Positions 1-12,182 of a stretch of DNA of 64,000 nt are shown here, piece by piece. Positions within the stretch are counted from its first letter, which is position 1, and every line of letters begins with the position of its first letter. The DNA is from Hormiphora californensis (taxonomy: Eukaryota; Animalia; Ctenophora), in NCBI GenBank assembly GCA_020137815.1, contig CM035358.1, positions 4,588,001 to 4,652,000 on the forward strand, in the 5' to 3' direction. The notes below the pieces were generated by a model. The model worked only from the letters and a program-made list of their open reading frames with translations. It searched no databases and had not been told where the DNA came from. Position numbers and translations under genes: made by a program.

Positions 1-3000
1 TCAGTGATGATCACTGATGCTGTGCATACTGAGAACCGTTTCCTCCAGTTCGCCGTCATTTCGGAAGTGCCTCCGTCCTCGATCTCGAGTATTGGCCGTC
101 TCAGTCGTCCCAGGATCCATTTTGGGAGGGCTGGCACTGTCCGAGGACCAGGGCAGACGGAAAAATATCCCGTACTTCTTTGCACACATCCTGTAGGGAT
201 GGAGGGTGGTCAATTGCGTAAGGTTATTGTTAGATATTTAGCTATGATGGCAGACATGATTTACTTTAAAATTAGGTCCATTTAGGAAACAACATCAGTC
301 CTTACCCGGTGATAGCGATTAGCATGAGCAGTGTACCCACTCCAGATACAATCCACAACCAATGAACGAAAGGGGTGGAGTCCGTCTTGAAGAATGTCGG
401 CATACCCGGGGCATGGGCGTCCTGGACCCACCCTGATTCCGCTAAGTAGGTTTTCTAGGAAAGCGAAGTAGTGTGAGTATGATGGGTTGGTTAGAATCTT
501 AATCGATCACGGATAGGAGGATAAAATGGGAAAATAGTGGGTTGATATTGGCAGCTCAATTGTATATGTTTACAAACCTGTCCAGCAGAGACAACCCCGA
601 TCAGGAAAAGCCCATAATAACTTCCGGCGTCGAGCTTCCCATTTTTATACCGGCCATAAGTCCGTTCATCTCCAACAGTCCAGTCATACGGAATTGAGTT
701 TCCCTTAAACTCTGCACTAATCCAAGGCTCCTCAAATGCTCCATTATCCGAGTAGTCCAGCAGCTGAAATTATAGAGAGATCGAGAGCTTGAAAATTTTT
801 TGTTTTTTCAGTATACAAGAACAAGTTATTTCTGGGGAAGTGGAGATGACATCTCTTTAGACTTACCCTGGTGTCCATGTATTGAGATGGCCGACTTTTG
901 TCAAAGATGGGCTGTCCCACTACATTAGTTCTCAACTTTACCACAGCGACCAGCCACTGTCTGTCGAGATAATATGAAATCAAAAAATGTGGTAACTCTA
1001 AACAATTTGTGAATTATATTGATTGAGGTTGGAATAAAGTTTTATGTTCTAGCCAGTAACCCTCCTTTACATTTGTACGGAAGGAGGGTCGAGCAAGGCA
1101 AGGAATAAAGAGAGAATTCCCATATTTGGTAAACTCACGTGACACCGTGGAAGTGGCCGTGGGATAGGTGAACAGTAAAGGAGGAAGAACTCCGCCCAGT
1201 TGTGGTTGTCTTGAAAACGGGAATTCGCACACTGATCTCCTTTCCATTTTCATCCAGGAATTTTGTCTTTTTCTCGGGATCGACTGGTATAACTTGGTTC
1301 CTTTGTTTGTCCTGAAGATAGGGATAAGAAATAATAAAAATAAAAATTAAATGGAAGTACAACTGTTACAGTTGCAGTGCAGTTTGCACGAAGGGTTAAT
1401 CACGGCGCTGGCAAGCGCAAAGGTGGCCATCCCCCCTCAACTGAAGTTGATGGAACACAAACCTTTTGATCATCAGGTTTATCGGGTTGATCATCAGTTT
1501 TATCCCCAGTTCCTCCACCATCAATATTATTTTTCTTCTTGTCGCGATTTCCCTCGATTTCATCATCTTTCTCTTTCAAAATGTCCTCTATCGCTCCATC
1601 AATAGCGATTAGATCAAGTTCAGGGATTTCGGGGTCAGAAGGCAGGTCAGGAGAGGGATTGTACCAATGAGCATCGTCGGAGGTCCATTCTTTGGGTCGG
1701 TGGACAATTCCATGCCGGATACCATCTGCTACCTCGATCCATTCTGTACCTTCACCATTTCTCACTTCCTTCTTTTGGTCATCTTTTTCATTATCGTTCT
1801 GCCCACTTTCCTTTCCGTTTTCTTCATCATTATATTTTTCTTCTCCCTCGTCTTTGTCGCAATCCTTCTCTTGGTCTTCTTCCTCATTCTGCTCATCTTC
1901 TTTTTCCTCTCCACCATCTTCCCCACCCTCCTCCTTTTCGTTTTGGCTTTCATCCCCGTCTAAAATCTCTTCATCGGTATCGTTGTCTACGCCATTATAA
2001 TTTTCTTCTCCCTCGTTCTCTTCGCCATCATTCTTTCTATCTTCTTCCTCATTCTGCTTCTCTTCTTTTTTCTCTCCACCATCTTCCCCGCTTTCATCCC
2101 CATCTATAATCTCTTCATCGTTGTCTACATCATCACTTTCATCTTCGTCATTCCCACTTTCCTTCTCTTTTTTATTTTCATTCTGCTTGTCTTCGTTTTC
2201 CTCTGTACCATTTTCTTCTGTAGTATTTTCTTCTGTACTATTTTCCTCGTTGTCCTGATTATTTTCTTGATCCTCACCTTCATTTTCTTTCCCCTTTTTA
2301 TCATCCGGGATATCCCATCCTTCATTTTCGTCCCACTTTTTATCATCCCATCCTTCATTTTCGTCCCCCTTTTTATCATCGGCATCCCATCCTTCGTTCT
2401 TCTCTCCATCTTCTTCTTTGTTATCCTTCTTCTTTTCCTTTTTACCCTTGCCCTTCTTTTTCTTTTTCTCCTTCTTGCCTTTACCCTTTTTCTCCTTTTT
2501 CTGTTTCTTCCCTTTCTTCTTTCCCTCTTTATTGTCCTTCTTTCCCTTGCTCTTCTTTTTCTTCCCCTTCTTGTCGTTACCTCCCTTTTTCTTTTTTTGC
2601 TTCTCCCCTTTCTTCTTTCCTTCGCTCTCCTTTTTCTTCTTTTCCTTGCCCTTTCCATCTTTTTTCTTCTGTTTCTTCCCTTCTTTTTTCTCCTTTCCAC
2701 GGTTTCCCTTTTTCTTACCCTTCTCCTTCTTGCCGTTACCTTTGCTCTCCTTCTTTTTCTGTTTGTTTCCTTTCTTCTTTCCCTCTTTATTGTCCTTCTT
2801 TCCCTTGCTCTTATTTTTCTTCTTCTTATCCTGTTTATCCTTCTTTCCCTTTTTATCCTTGTTCTTTTTATCCTTCTTCTTTTTGTCCTTCTTTCCCTTT
2901 TTGTCCTTCTTTCCCTTTTTGTCCTTCTTTTTATCCTTTCCATTGTGATGGTGACCAACTGAAAATGATCCTACCACATTCCCATTCATTCTTGTCTGTT

Positions 3001-3341
3001 CCAAAGTTTCCCTGACGGCCTGATCGACTCTGTAAAAAGGAACATCCCGTATAAGTCGGGGCAAGTGGTTCCACGTATGTAGACCTTCCAGAGGTCCCCT
3101 AACGGGTGTTTTCACAGGATCCGACTCAAGAACTGAAGTTCTGGACCGTTTTGACTCATGGTGGGGGTTGTCTGCTTGTGTGTGCGACAGCAAACCTGAT
3201 TCAAAAAAAAGATCAAATAATACTAATAGAGAGAATCTATGTTATAACAGATCGGAATTCGGAAAAGAAAATAAGGTGGGGGTGTGAAAAAATGATGTCC
3301 ATACCTGTGCCGAGAAGCACAAAGATCCACAATGCCAGCAT
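1..3341 (-). CDS. Type I membrane receptor, LAR/PTPRF-like receptor tyrosine phosphatase N-terminal part (3' end outside window)
   Basis: Phase-consistent GT-AG exons 3341-3305, 3195-1463, 1311-1139, 960-867, 763-578, 454-306, 190-<1. Signal peptide MLALWIFVLLGTGLLSHTQA; juxtamembrane FN3-like segment PWISAEF..IPYDWTVGDERTYGRYKNGKLDAGSYYGLFLIG resembles LAR-family YxAA..LP..FTLGD..Y..FYN..L; TM helix WLWIVSGVGTLLMLIAITGMCA followed by KK. No phosphatase domain inside the window. Confidence 0.7.
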
Positions 3342-4164
3342 CACGGGTTGAAGAAGATAATTCTCTCAGGACTGAGTTGGACGAGAAGAGAGAAATAAAC
3401 TTGCACGTGCAGTATCTCATCTCCCATGGTCACACACCTGCAAACAGTGATTTTAGAGCTTTAACACGGGCTCCTAGCTGCACGTGCAACTAACCACCCA
3501 TCTTCACTACATGGACGACCGAAGAGGCCGCCCACCCATCTCGTCTGGATTTTGTGAGCTTATTCCATTTGTCACTCTTTGGGGCCCTTGTCAGAACACA
3601 TTCTGACCGTGGGAAAATCTTGGACCAATGCGCGCTCCAAAACCCGTCACATTTATGCTGAGGATTGGTGCTTTGCGCGTTGCAGCGACCATTTCTGCTA
3701 GTCCAATGTGCGCAATTTAGCACACTTCAGAGTGTAAGTTGGGGGAAACGTCAAAACTCGAATAATTTGTGTTTTTGTAAGTAATGAATTATTTTAGCTT
3801 TCAATATGTACAAAAGTCAAAAGATAAATATTTACACGGATAGTATTAAGATTTGTAAGAGTGAATTTTCAAACATTAAACTGTAAAACGGGGTGGACTT
3901 GATTGGTTCTCTCTTGCTTGAAAAAAGGAGAGTGAAATGACGTAATCAACTCGACTACACAGCAAGAATAATAGCATTGATTAATTCACTTCTCAGATAG
4001 CTCTCTATTTAAATACAAAAGTAACAAGCAAAAATAACCCACTTTCAGATTTACACACGCAAAAATAAAGAATAGTCTTTGGGGATGGGATGAGTGTCTT
4101 TTTTCGCACAGAAATTGTCAGATATATCATTTGTCCTTTTATCATTTCCTATTTCCATCTCCCT

Positions 4165-4817
4165 TTATTTCTTCTGGCCCTTTCTGCTCTTCTTCAGCGT
4201 TTTGTCCTTCTGCGCCGAGTTAGCGTCCAAGGGTGCCACACTGGCCAGTACCTTCTCGTATTCGGGCGAGGCCAGGAATTTCCAAAGGTTTTCCAGTTTT
4301 CCTGTGTCTATCTGCTTTTGTAGCTCCTCGTTAAACGGGTTTCCTGAGAGAGAGAGGGTGGGTGTTAAAAACGAGGGACAATGATCTTGAATCTATATGA
4401 GCAAGAAAAAGCCAAGAATTCAAAACAGAATTGTCATTGAAAACAATTTTTTTCAGACTATCAAAAAACAATATCTACCTTCAGCTCGGAAGACGTTTTT
4501 AGGGTTGGTTAGGTCAGTAAGAGTTAGTTCCACAGGGAGGAATACTAGGAAGTTGTTCTGAACCAACAACTCATTCAACTTGGTTAGCTGACCTGAGAGG
4601 GGAGAGGGAGAATTAGAGAGATACATTCTAAGAGATGAATTCATAGGGCCTAGGGCCCCAATTCACACTGATAAAATGAATGTAATTGATTTGGAAGGAG
4701 TGTGCGTGTAGTGACAATATTTCTAGAGACTGGCCTTGTTGCTTTCAAGCTGCAATAAGACAGGCTATTTCGGCAGCAACTTTAATTCAATAATGGACAT
4801 TTTATCTCCCTCTCTCC

Positions 4818-4891
<74 letters not shown>

Positions 4892-6060
4892 TGTCTCTCT
4901 CTCTCTCTATGCAGTTACAGTTGTAAGACTCGTGAACTGTGTACTGCGCTTCAGTTGTGTATACGGAACTGCAGCAGTGTAAAGCAGCTTGTGAAGACAA
5001 ACGTCAAACAGTCAGACTCGTGAACAGCAAATCGCCCAAAAATTGATAACTGTACGAGTTTTTATACTCGGACAAACAAAACATCGTTTATCCGATAGAT
5101 ACTAGCGGGTACTCACCAATAGATGCGGGTAGTTCCGTCAACTCGTTGTCCCTTAGAGATAGGATCTGGAGGTTTTTCAGTGTCGCAATTTCCTCAGGCA
5201 TCTTCTTGAAATCGTTATCTCCAATATACAAGGCCCTGAATGAGATGGGATTACCAAAAACAAAAAAGATATGGGTAGAAAAGGCTCCATATCGGGCAAG
5301 TATGAGGAAAATTTGAAAGAATCATCAAGAGAATAGGGCACATCTAATTATATTTTTGACTACAAACTAACCTAAACAATAAACGTAAACTAACCTGAGC
5401 GTGTTAAGATAATGGAAGTTGTTAGGTAGCTCTTTCAGGTTATTATAAGTAACATCCAAGACTTGAAGAACGGGGCAGGCACCAAAACCACGGGGCAGCT
5501 CCCAGAGACGGTTCACTGCAACGTTCAGATGCTTCAACTTCTACAGGAAGAGAGAAAGGGGTTGTTACCGATGGAGAGGATATAATAATAACTGGGAATT
5601 AACAGTACACCTTATATCCTGGATTCAACTCGTATATATTATGGATTATGAATTTACAATTTAGGCCAAATTCTAGTTAGGAGATACCATACCTGAAGAT
5701 CGTTGATGGAAGCAGGTAGAGATTCGAGGTGATTGTTGAACAGGTTCAGAGATTCCAAGTTCTTGATCTCAGAAATCGTTGTTGGAAGATTGGTCAGCTT
5801 GTTGTGGGACAACGTGATACGAGTTAGGTTTTTCAGCCGAGACAGAGTTGAAATATACTCAGTTATATCGGAGATACTGGAAGGGAAAAAGAGGGAGTTA
5901 GATCATTTTAAAGGTTAACAATCAAAGGCCTAAAAACTGGTGCAAATCCTTAATTCAAAATGTGGCAAGTGGTTCTAACTTACTTTCTGTCACACAAATC
6001 CACATCAGATCCCTGAGCGGTGTTTGCATCATCAATGACCTTCTTGATGGACTTGTGCAT
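4165..6060 (-). CDS. RSU1: Ras suppressor protein 1 (LRR protein)
   Basis: Multi-exon; MHKSIKKVIDDANTAQGSDVDLCDR, LTRITLSHNKLTNLP, LEVLNLFNN-like repeat, GFGACPVLQVLDVTYNNL, ALYIGDNDF, ILSLRDNEL, NVFRAEGNPF match the RSU1 repeat order; stop TAA 4167-4165. Confidence 0.9.
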
Positions 6061-6302
6061 ACTGAGCGCTAGAATAAAAGAGGTGATGGTTAAACAGGTA
6101 ACAGACAAGAGTCGAAAGAAAGGATATTGTGATCTAAGAGACAGGCCGGGGTTGTGTGACATTAACATTGCAAGCACAAAGCAGGGGTATAAAAGTGATA
6201 GGATAATAAAGCCGGGGTTGTGTGGAAAGATAGCTAACTAGGTGTGTTGTAGTGAGCTATTCAATGTGATGACAGGAGTTTCATGTTACACTCAAGATAG
6301 CA

Positions 6303-6349
<47 letters not shown>

Positions 6350-6545
6350 AGAGAGAGAGAGAGAAATAGAGCGAGAGAATAAAAGCCAAAGAGAGGAAAG
6401 GGGAACCGGGGATGAACTAGACAGGAAGTTACATAGAGGTAGGGAATTGGAAAAAAGGGGACCAGGGTCGATAGAAAAACACATTGATTTCTTTTTCAAT
6501 AAATAAAAAGCGCCAGAAGCCACTAAAAAACGTCCCACGCCAGAT

Positions 6546-7311
6546 CTATTCCTCGGGAATCTCGATATCTCCCTCGTTAATGGCATCAATGATGTCGTGT
6601 GGTTTCTGCCCGTCCACTGTGCATCCAACACTCTGGGCAGTACCAAGGATCTCCTTGCAGGTGCCAGAGAGATGTCGAGCACCGGATCGGGGTCGCATTG
6701 TCCTGGCGATCTCGATGATATCATCGATTGTAATGTTACCGCTGTGCTGGATGTTCTTGACCTGTGGGAGTGAGAAGGGAGTGTCATGATACAGTATACA
6801 TTAAAGTGATAGAAGAGATAATGTGTGCACTTGTAGCAGGCAATTTCCGGCTTTCGCATCTGATACAGCTCTGACAAAGATTTTAATATAAAATTAAATC
6901 TACTTCTACAGGACTGCGTGAGACAACAGTATCAAAAAAGCAGGGAACATTTTATAATTTACGTTGGTGAAAAAGTATACCTCAAAAACGGGGAACAAGA
7001 ACAAAAATCAGTAACAGTAACACACATACCTTCTTCCTGTCCCTGTGGGGCTCCTTGAGTGCCCGGATAACGAGCGATCCAGCCGAGGGGACGACTGACA
7101 CAGTAGCCTGCCTGTTCTGAATCTTCAACTCAACAGTAATCTTCAGGCCCTTCCAGGCAGTAGTTGCCTTGGCGATATCATCTCCCACCTTCTTGGGAGA
7201 TAGACCGAGGGGACCGATCTTGGGGGCGAGGGAGGAAGTGGCACCGACCTCTCCTCCTACCACCCTTAGGTACACATAGTTGATGGCAGTGGGATCGAAC
7301 TTGGGTGGCAT
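6546..7311 (-). CDS. RPL12: 60S ribosomal protein L12 (uL11), 2 exons
   Basis: MPPKFDP...[32 protein letters not shown]; intron ~7029-6763; exon 2 [26 protein letters not shown]...[16 protein letters not shown]...EIPEE*. Confidence 0.97.
6819..6943 (-). ncRNA. Candidate intronic H/ACA box snoRNA in the RPL12 intron
   Basis: Hairpin CTGCTTTT..ACTG-loop-CAGT..AGAAGTAG with an internal pocket, AT-rich hinge containing ATATTA (ANANNA), a weaker second hairpin, ACA 3 nt before the end; ~125 nt. Folded by eye only. Confidence 0.35.
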
Positions 7312-7720
7312 TGCTGCTGCGAGATCGGGAGGGGAGGGATGGGTTAGTTGGAGGGGAGGGAGAGGGGGTGCAGTGCTGGATGGAGAGAGGTGTGGATGGG
7401 GTTTAATCCGACCATTAACAAGGTTTTAAGTTGTTGCACCACCCACCCAGCACTGCCAGAAAGAGGGGAAGGTGGGGAGACTGGAATAGGAATTAGGATT
7501 GGAAAGGGGAAGAAGTTGGGGAGAAAAAGGTTAAGAAAAGATAGAAGGTCGGACAGAGTGATTAGATAGGATGGGAGGAGAGGAGTTAACTTGGATTTGG
7601 TTTGGAGATTACTCACTAACAATTGGGAGTTTTACTTGGATAGGGGAAGAAGAAACAGTAACATAAAAAGTCGATTGGATGTAATAAAAAGATTAAATAA
7701 AACCAGATCTGAGAAGCAGT

Positions 7721-8443
7721 TTAATTCATCTTGCGGACCATGTTGTTGATGAATCGTTCCCGGTTTCCGAAATCTCCACCCTCCACAAAGTGGTTGTTGA
7801 TCTTCCTCAGACCTCCCTTCACACAGGACAGCTTGAAGTGCCACAGGAAGTTATTGGCCTGCTTGAAGTGGGGCCCAACGGTGAAAATCTCATGGATCAA
7901 GTCCTCCATGCTGGTGATTCCGTACTTGCCAAGAGACTCCTCGATGACACTGTTGTCGTTGATGGCGACCCTCTGTCCGTTGATCTTTCCGAAACCTCGC
8001 TTGTAGATCAGCTCTCGGACGGTCTTCAAGTTGGGGTATCCGAAGGTGATGAAAGGCTCGGCGATCCTGAGCATCTCTCTGCTGGATTTGTTCAACTTGA
8101 CGAAAACTCCGTTGTTGATCTGCCTCAGCCTCATCAGCTTCATGATCTTCCTGGGCTTAGGGGGAATGTTGTTCACTCCCCTCAACCTGATAACAAAGGC
8201 AAGCTTAGCCTCGGCAGGGACATAGTAGTTTCCGTTGGCCTTGGCTTCACGGTCCAACCTGACCTCCTCTCGCTCAGCGGCCTCGTACTGTTTGTAGTAC
8301 TGGGCGGTCCTCTTAACGAGTTCCCTCCTCTTGGCGGCCTTCAGGACCTTAATTTTCTTGTCTGTTGCGGCCTTCTTGGCGTGGATCTCAGCAGCTCGGG
8401 TCTCCTTCTTGACGAGGGACGCGGGTTTGGCAGGAACGACCAT
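7721..8443 (-). CDS. RPL7: 60S ribosomal protein L7 (uL30), intronless CDS
   Basis: [92 protein letters not shown]. Confidence 0.98.
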   Translation of the reverse strand: MVVPAKPASLVKKETRAAEIHAKKAATDKKIKVLKAAKRRELVKRTAQYYKQYEAAEREEVRLDREAKANGNYYVPAEAKLAFVIRLRGVNNIPPKPRKIMKLMRLRQINNGVFVKLNKSSREMLRIAEPFITFGYPNLKTVRELIYKRGFGKINGQRVAINDNSVIEESLGKYGITSMEDLIHEIFTVGPHFKQANNFLWHFKLSCVKGGLRKINNHFVEGGDFGNRERFINNMVRKMN

Positions 8444-8789
8444 CGCGCTAGAACGGAGGGAAGGAGTTAAAGATATTGGTAAGCAGAAGTTAGGACATGC
8501 CAGATATAATGTTAAACATGTGAGACGATCTGCAAAACAGGGTAATTTGGAACTGTTTCCGACCCATATTGCTTGCTCTCACCGCTTGTATGCTTTAATC
8601 TGCTCTCTAATTGGGGAAATCTCGTCTAGTGATCACTTCACAGGCAAGAATACACAGTATTAGAGGCCCCTACAGCATCTTCTCACATGTTTAAACGGCT
8701 CTAGTTAGATAACTACAAAAGATAGAAACTATTCCAAAGTTGAGACTGCAAATTTAGACGATTCTCCGTCCACTCAAGAAGTTTCATAG

Positions 8790-9545
8790 CCCCAACCCTT
8801 TATATAAGGGCTGTGTTCAGGTCCTCCTTTTTGACTGTTTTTTGGTCATAACTGGTGATTGGATTGTCAAATAGCTACAGACACTTTTAGATATGCATTA
8901 GTTAACCGGTTTCAAGATGATCCAAGCACTCCTTCCGTGGGCACGACCGCGCACCAATAGTAGTCCTGACTATATTATTTAATTGTCATTTTAAGATTAA
9001 AGACGAGCACCGTGCATAAATCATGAGGGTACGGGCGAGTTCTTGCTTTCTGTTGAGTCGAGGACGCTGTCGGAGGGCGCGATTATAATCTGGGTGCCTT
9101 GCAGCATGTTTACAGGTGCGCGCTGCCAAAAAAGTACACCTAAAACCACTTAGACCGACTTTTTTCAAACGGCTATAGCCGCGAAACCACATGGCCGATT
9201 TGAGTTAACTAAACGGTATCTAATAGAGAATCGATAGCCCTAACCCCAACCCAAACCCCAACCCTAACCCGACCCTAACAACAGCCCTAACCCGTCTCGA
9301 CCGCCAAAATCGATGAATTGTTAGCAATGGAAGGCACCCAGGTCCCAGATTTTAAGGTTTTCCGCTGTCGGACCGAGAAAGTGTTCACAGAAAAATTCTG
9401 GACTTCAAACTTTTGGACTTCAAATTTTGAAAGTTTTGATTTAACAAGCGCGGCGTAAACGCCGGTTTTGCGCGTGAGAACGCGCACGATAAAATCCTCG
9501 AATTTCGAGCAAAATCGAGTGCGGCAGCACTATAAAAAGGCGCTC
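8790..9545. promoter_or_regulatory. Divergent RPL7/RRM2 promoter region
   Basis: Head-to-head genes; near-palindromic TATA-like CCCTTTATATAAGGG ~8797-8811; TATAAAAAGG at 9531; CpG-rich with E2F-like CCGCGAAA (~9179) and TTTTGCGCG (~9466), fitting the known E2F control of RRM2. Confidence 0.45.
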
Positions 9546-9716
9546 AGTTCTGCGTCAGTCGTGTTTGATGCTTGTTGTTGGTACTCTTCTGTCTCTGCAT
9601 TGGTCTCACTTTGCTTCTTCTAAACAGATGTGGTTACACATCTTATTGTACGAATTGTCCCCTGACTTAATGGTTGCTATAAAAAACATATCCAATCTTC
9701 CCCACATATTGTCTTA

Positions 9717-9747
<31 letters not shown>

Positions 9748-9798
9748 GTTGTATTAATATCCCACTCTTAATTCTTATAATAGCAGAACAGTAACATA

Positions 9799-12182
9799 AT
9801 GGCAGCCGTAAACGACCGATATCTGGATATTGCTAATCTGAACATTGATGATGAAATTAAACCCCTGGTAAGAATGCCGAGAATGCAATATTGGGGCTTT
9901 TTAATTCGAGAGCGAGAGAGAGAGAGACAGACAGAGACAGAGGGAGGGAGAAAACATCCACTTTTTTTCTGATCTCCTAACTCCATTCACTTATACTTAC
10001 CAGGTTTCTAAGAATGATGGTTTGGTAGTAGATAACAACAAAAGTGGATTTGATCCTGAAATTGAGCCCCTGCTAAAGGAGAACCCTCGGAGATTTGTTG
10101 TTCTTCCCATTGAATACCCTGATATATGGCAGATGTACAAGAAGGCAGAAGGTAATTTAGAGAGAGATAGAGAGGAAGATAGAGGGAAAGAGATGTAGAA
10201 ATATAGAGTGAGAGACTACTCGGGGACTACTCTGAATATATTGATGTTTCACTAGTGTATTGGCTGGATGATTTAGTTATAAGAAAGGGGAATGTATGGA
10301 TATTTCCAATCTAATATATATTGACCCCTTTCTCAGCTTCATTTTGGACCGCTGAAGAGGTAGATCTAAGCAAGGATTTACATGATTGGGAAACATTGAA
10401 AAAGGACGAGAAACACTTTATCTCACACGTTCTCGCATTCTTCGCTGCTAGTGATGGAATTGTCAACGAAAATTTGGTAAGTATGTAGTTGAAAAAGGGA
10501 CCAAAGTTTTTCTTCCTTTTTGTAATTTGACTGCTAACAGTGGGGTCCAAATGGAATGATACAATCCAATATCCATAATAATATTTCTTCCCAATAGGTT
10601 GAGAACTTCTCAGTCGAAGTTCAAGTCACAGAAGCGAGATGTTTTTATGGATTTCAAGTGGCCATTGAGAATGTACACTCAGAAATGTACTCTCTTCTAA
10701 TTGACATGTATATAAAGGTAATGTGCCCCTCCCCTTCTCCCTTCTACTACCCCCCCCCCCCCTGTGACAGTTATTAGTTTGGCAGTTATTTCTGATTAGA
10801 TAAGACACATCTCAACTGTCAGATTTCACTGTCACTTTCGTTATCTCAAATTAAAATCCCAATCTATCATCTCTATCTTTCGTTTTCTCAAATCCCAATC
10901 TAACATCACTCTCTCAGGATGCCGCAGAGAAGAACCTCCTCTTCAACGCAATTGAGACCCTACCTTGTATTAAAAAGAAGGCTGAGTGGGCGTTCAAGTG
11001 GATGCATGCTGACAGACCCTTCCCTGAGAGAGTCATTGCTTTTGCCAGCGTCGAGGGAATCTTTTTCAGTGGATCTTTTGCTGCCATTTTCTGGCTTAAA
11101 AAGAGGTAAGATCACCTGAGATTTTTCCAAAATTTAACTTTGAGTGGCCCCTTTTGAGTCTAAATATATCCCAAATATATAAGTAAAACAAGGAAGTTTT
11201 AGTTCAACAGAACTGTTGAACTAAAACTTCCTTGTTTTACTTGTAGATAGCTCCTCGCAACCGTGAGTAGAGCACTCTCCGGGACATGGACCATCAACAA
11301 TATCCCAAATATATACAACAAAATATCTGATTTTTGTCTTTTTCCCAGGGGTTTGATGCCAGGTCTGACCTTCTCAAACGAACTGATATCCCGAGACGAG
11401 GGTCTACACTGTGACTTTGCGTGTCTTATGTTCAAACATGTCGTTCAGAAGCCAACTGCTGCAGTAATTAAAGCGATCGTCTGTGAAGCTGTGACTATTG
11501 AACAAGAGGTAATTAGTAATGCGATAGTTAGGTAATTAGGTAGTGTGTGAGTTGGTAGGTAATAATGAATCGGTTTGGGGTAGAAAGATTATGCTGGTAA
11601 GCTCTTGACAGGGGTCAAAACTATTTTCTACTTGTCAAGTAACACAAAACAATAACCCACATCTCTCCCCCACACAGTTCCTAACAGAGGCCTTACCGTG
11701 TGCCCTAATTGGTATGAATAACGGACTAATGAAGACGTATATTGAGTTCGTTGCTGATCGATTACTGGTCGCCTTAGGACAGGAAAAGGTGAGAGAGAGT
11801 TAAGACAGCCAGACAGACAAAGAAATCGCATCTTTGACATTTTTACAAGTTTGATATGTATCTGTACGATCACAAATGTATGGAATTTAAACTGAATATC
11901 ATCCCCCCTTCTAACCACCCTCCTCCTTCTAACCACCTCCCCCCTTCTAACCAACCTCCTCCTTCTAACCACCTCCCCCTTCTAACCACCCTCCTCCTTC
12001 TAACCACCCTCCCCTCCCTACAGGTTTACCACTCAGAGAACCCCTTCCCTTTTATGGAAAACATCTCTCTGGAGGGAAAAACAAACTTCTTTGAGAAGAA
12101 AGTCAGCGAATACCAGAAGGCTGGAGTTATGACTCAAAACACGGAGGAACGACATACCTTCTGCCTCGACGAGGATTTCTAG
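9799..12182 (+). CDS. RRM2: Ribonucleoside-diphosphate reductase small subunit, 8 exons
   Basis: [150 protein letters not shown]-terminus FCLDEDF*. Confidence 0.97.
11903..12016 (+). repeat. ~18-bp minisatellite (CCTTCTAACCACCTCCCC) in the last RRM2 intron
   Basis: About 6 tandem copies visible. Confidence 0.85.

Noticed and set aside
2125-2962. Very hydrophobic (F/L-rich) and R-rich ORFs overlapping the Lys-rich exon
   Set aside because: Antisense or alternate-frame shadows of the low-complexity exon; only the 1400..3193 frame is phase-compatible with flanking exons.
7721-8443. RPL7 as a processed pseudogene
   Set aside because: Intact ORF, upstream acceptor and promoter-like region, no poly(A) tail or TSD.
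9799-12182. Viral or horizontally acquired ribonucleotide reductase
   Set aside because: Seven canonical introns and a typical eukaryotic RRM2 sequence.
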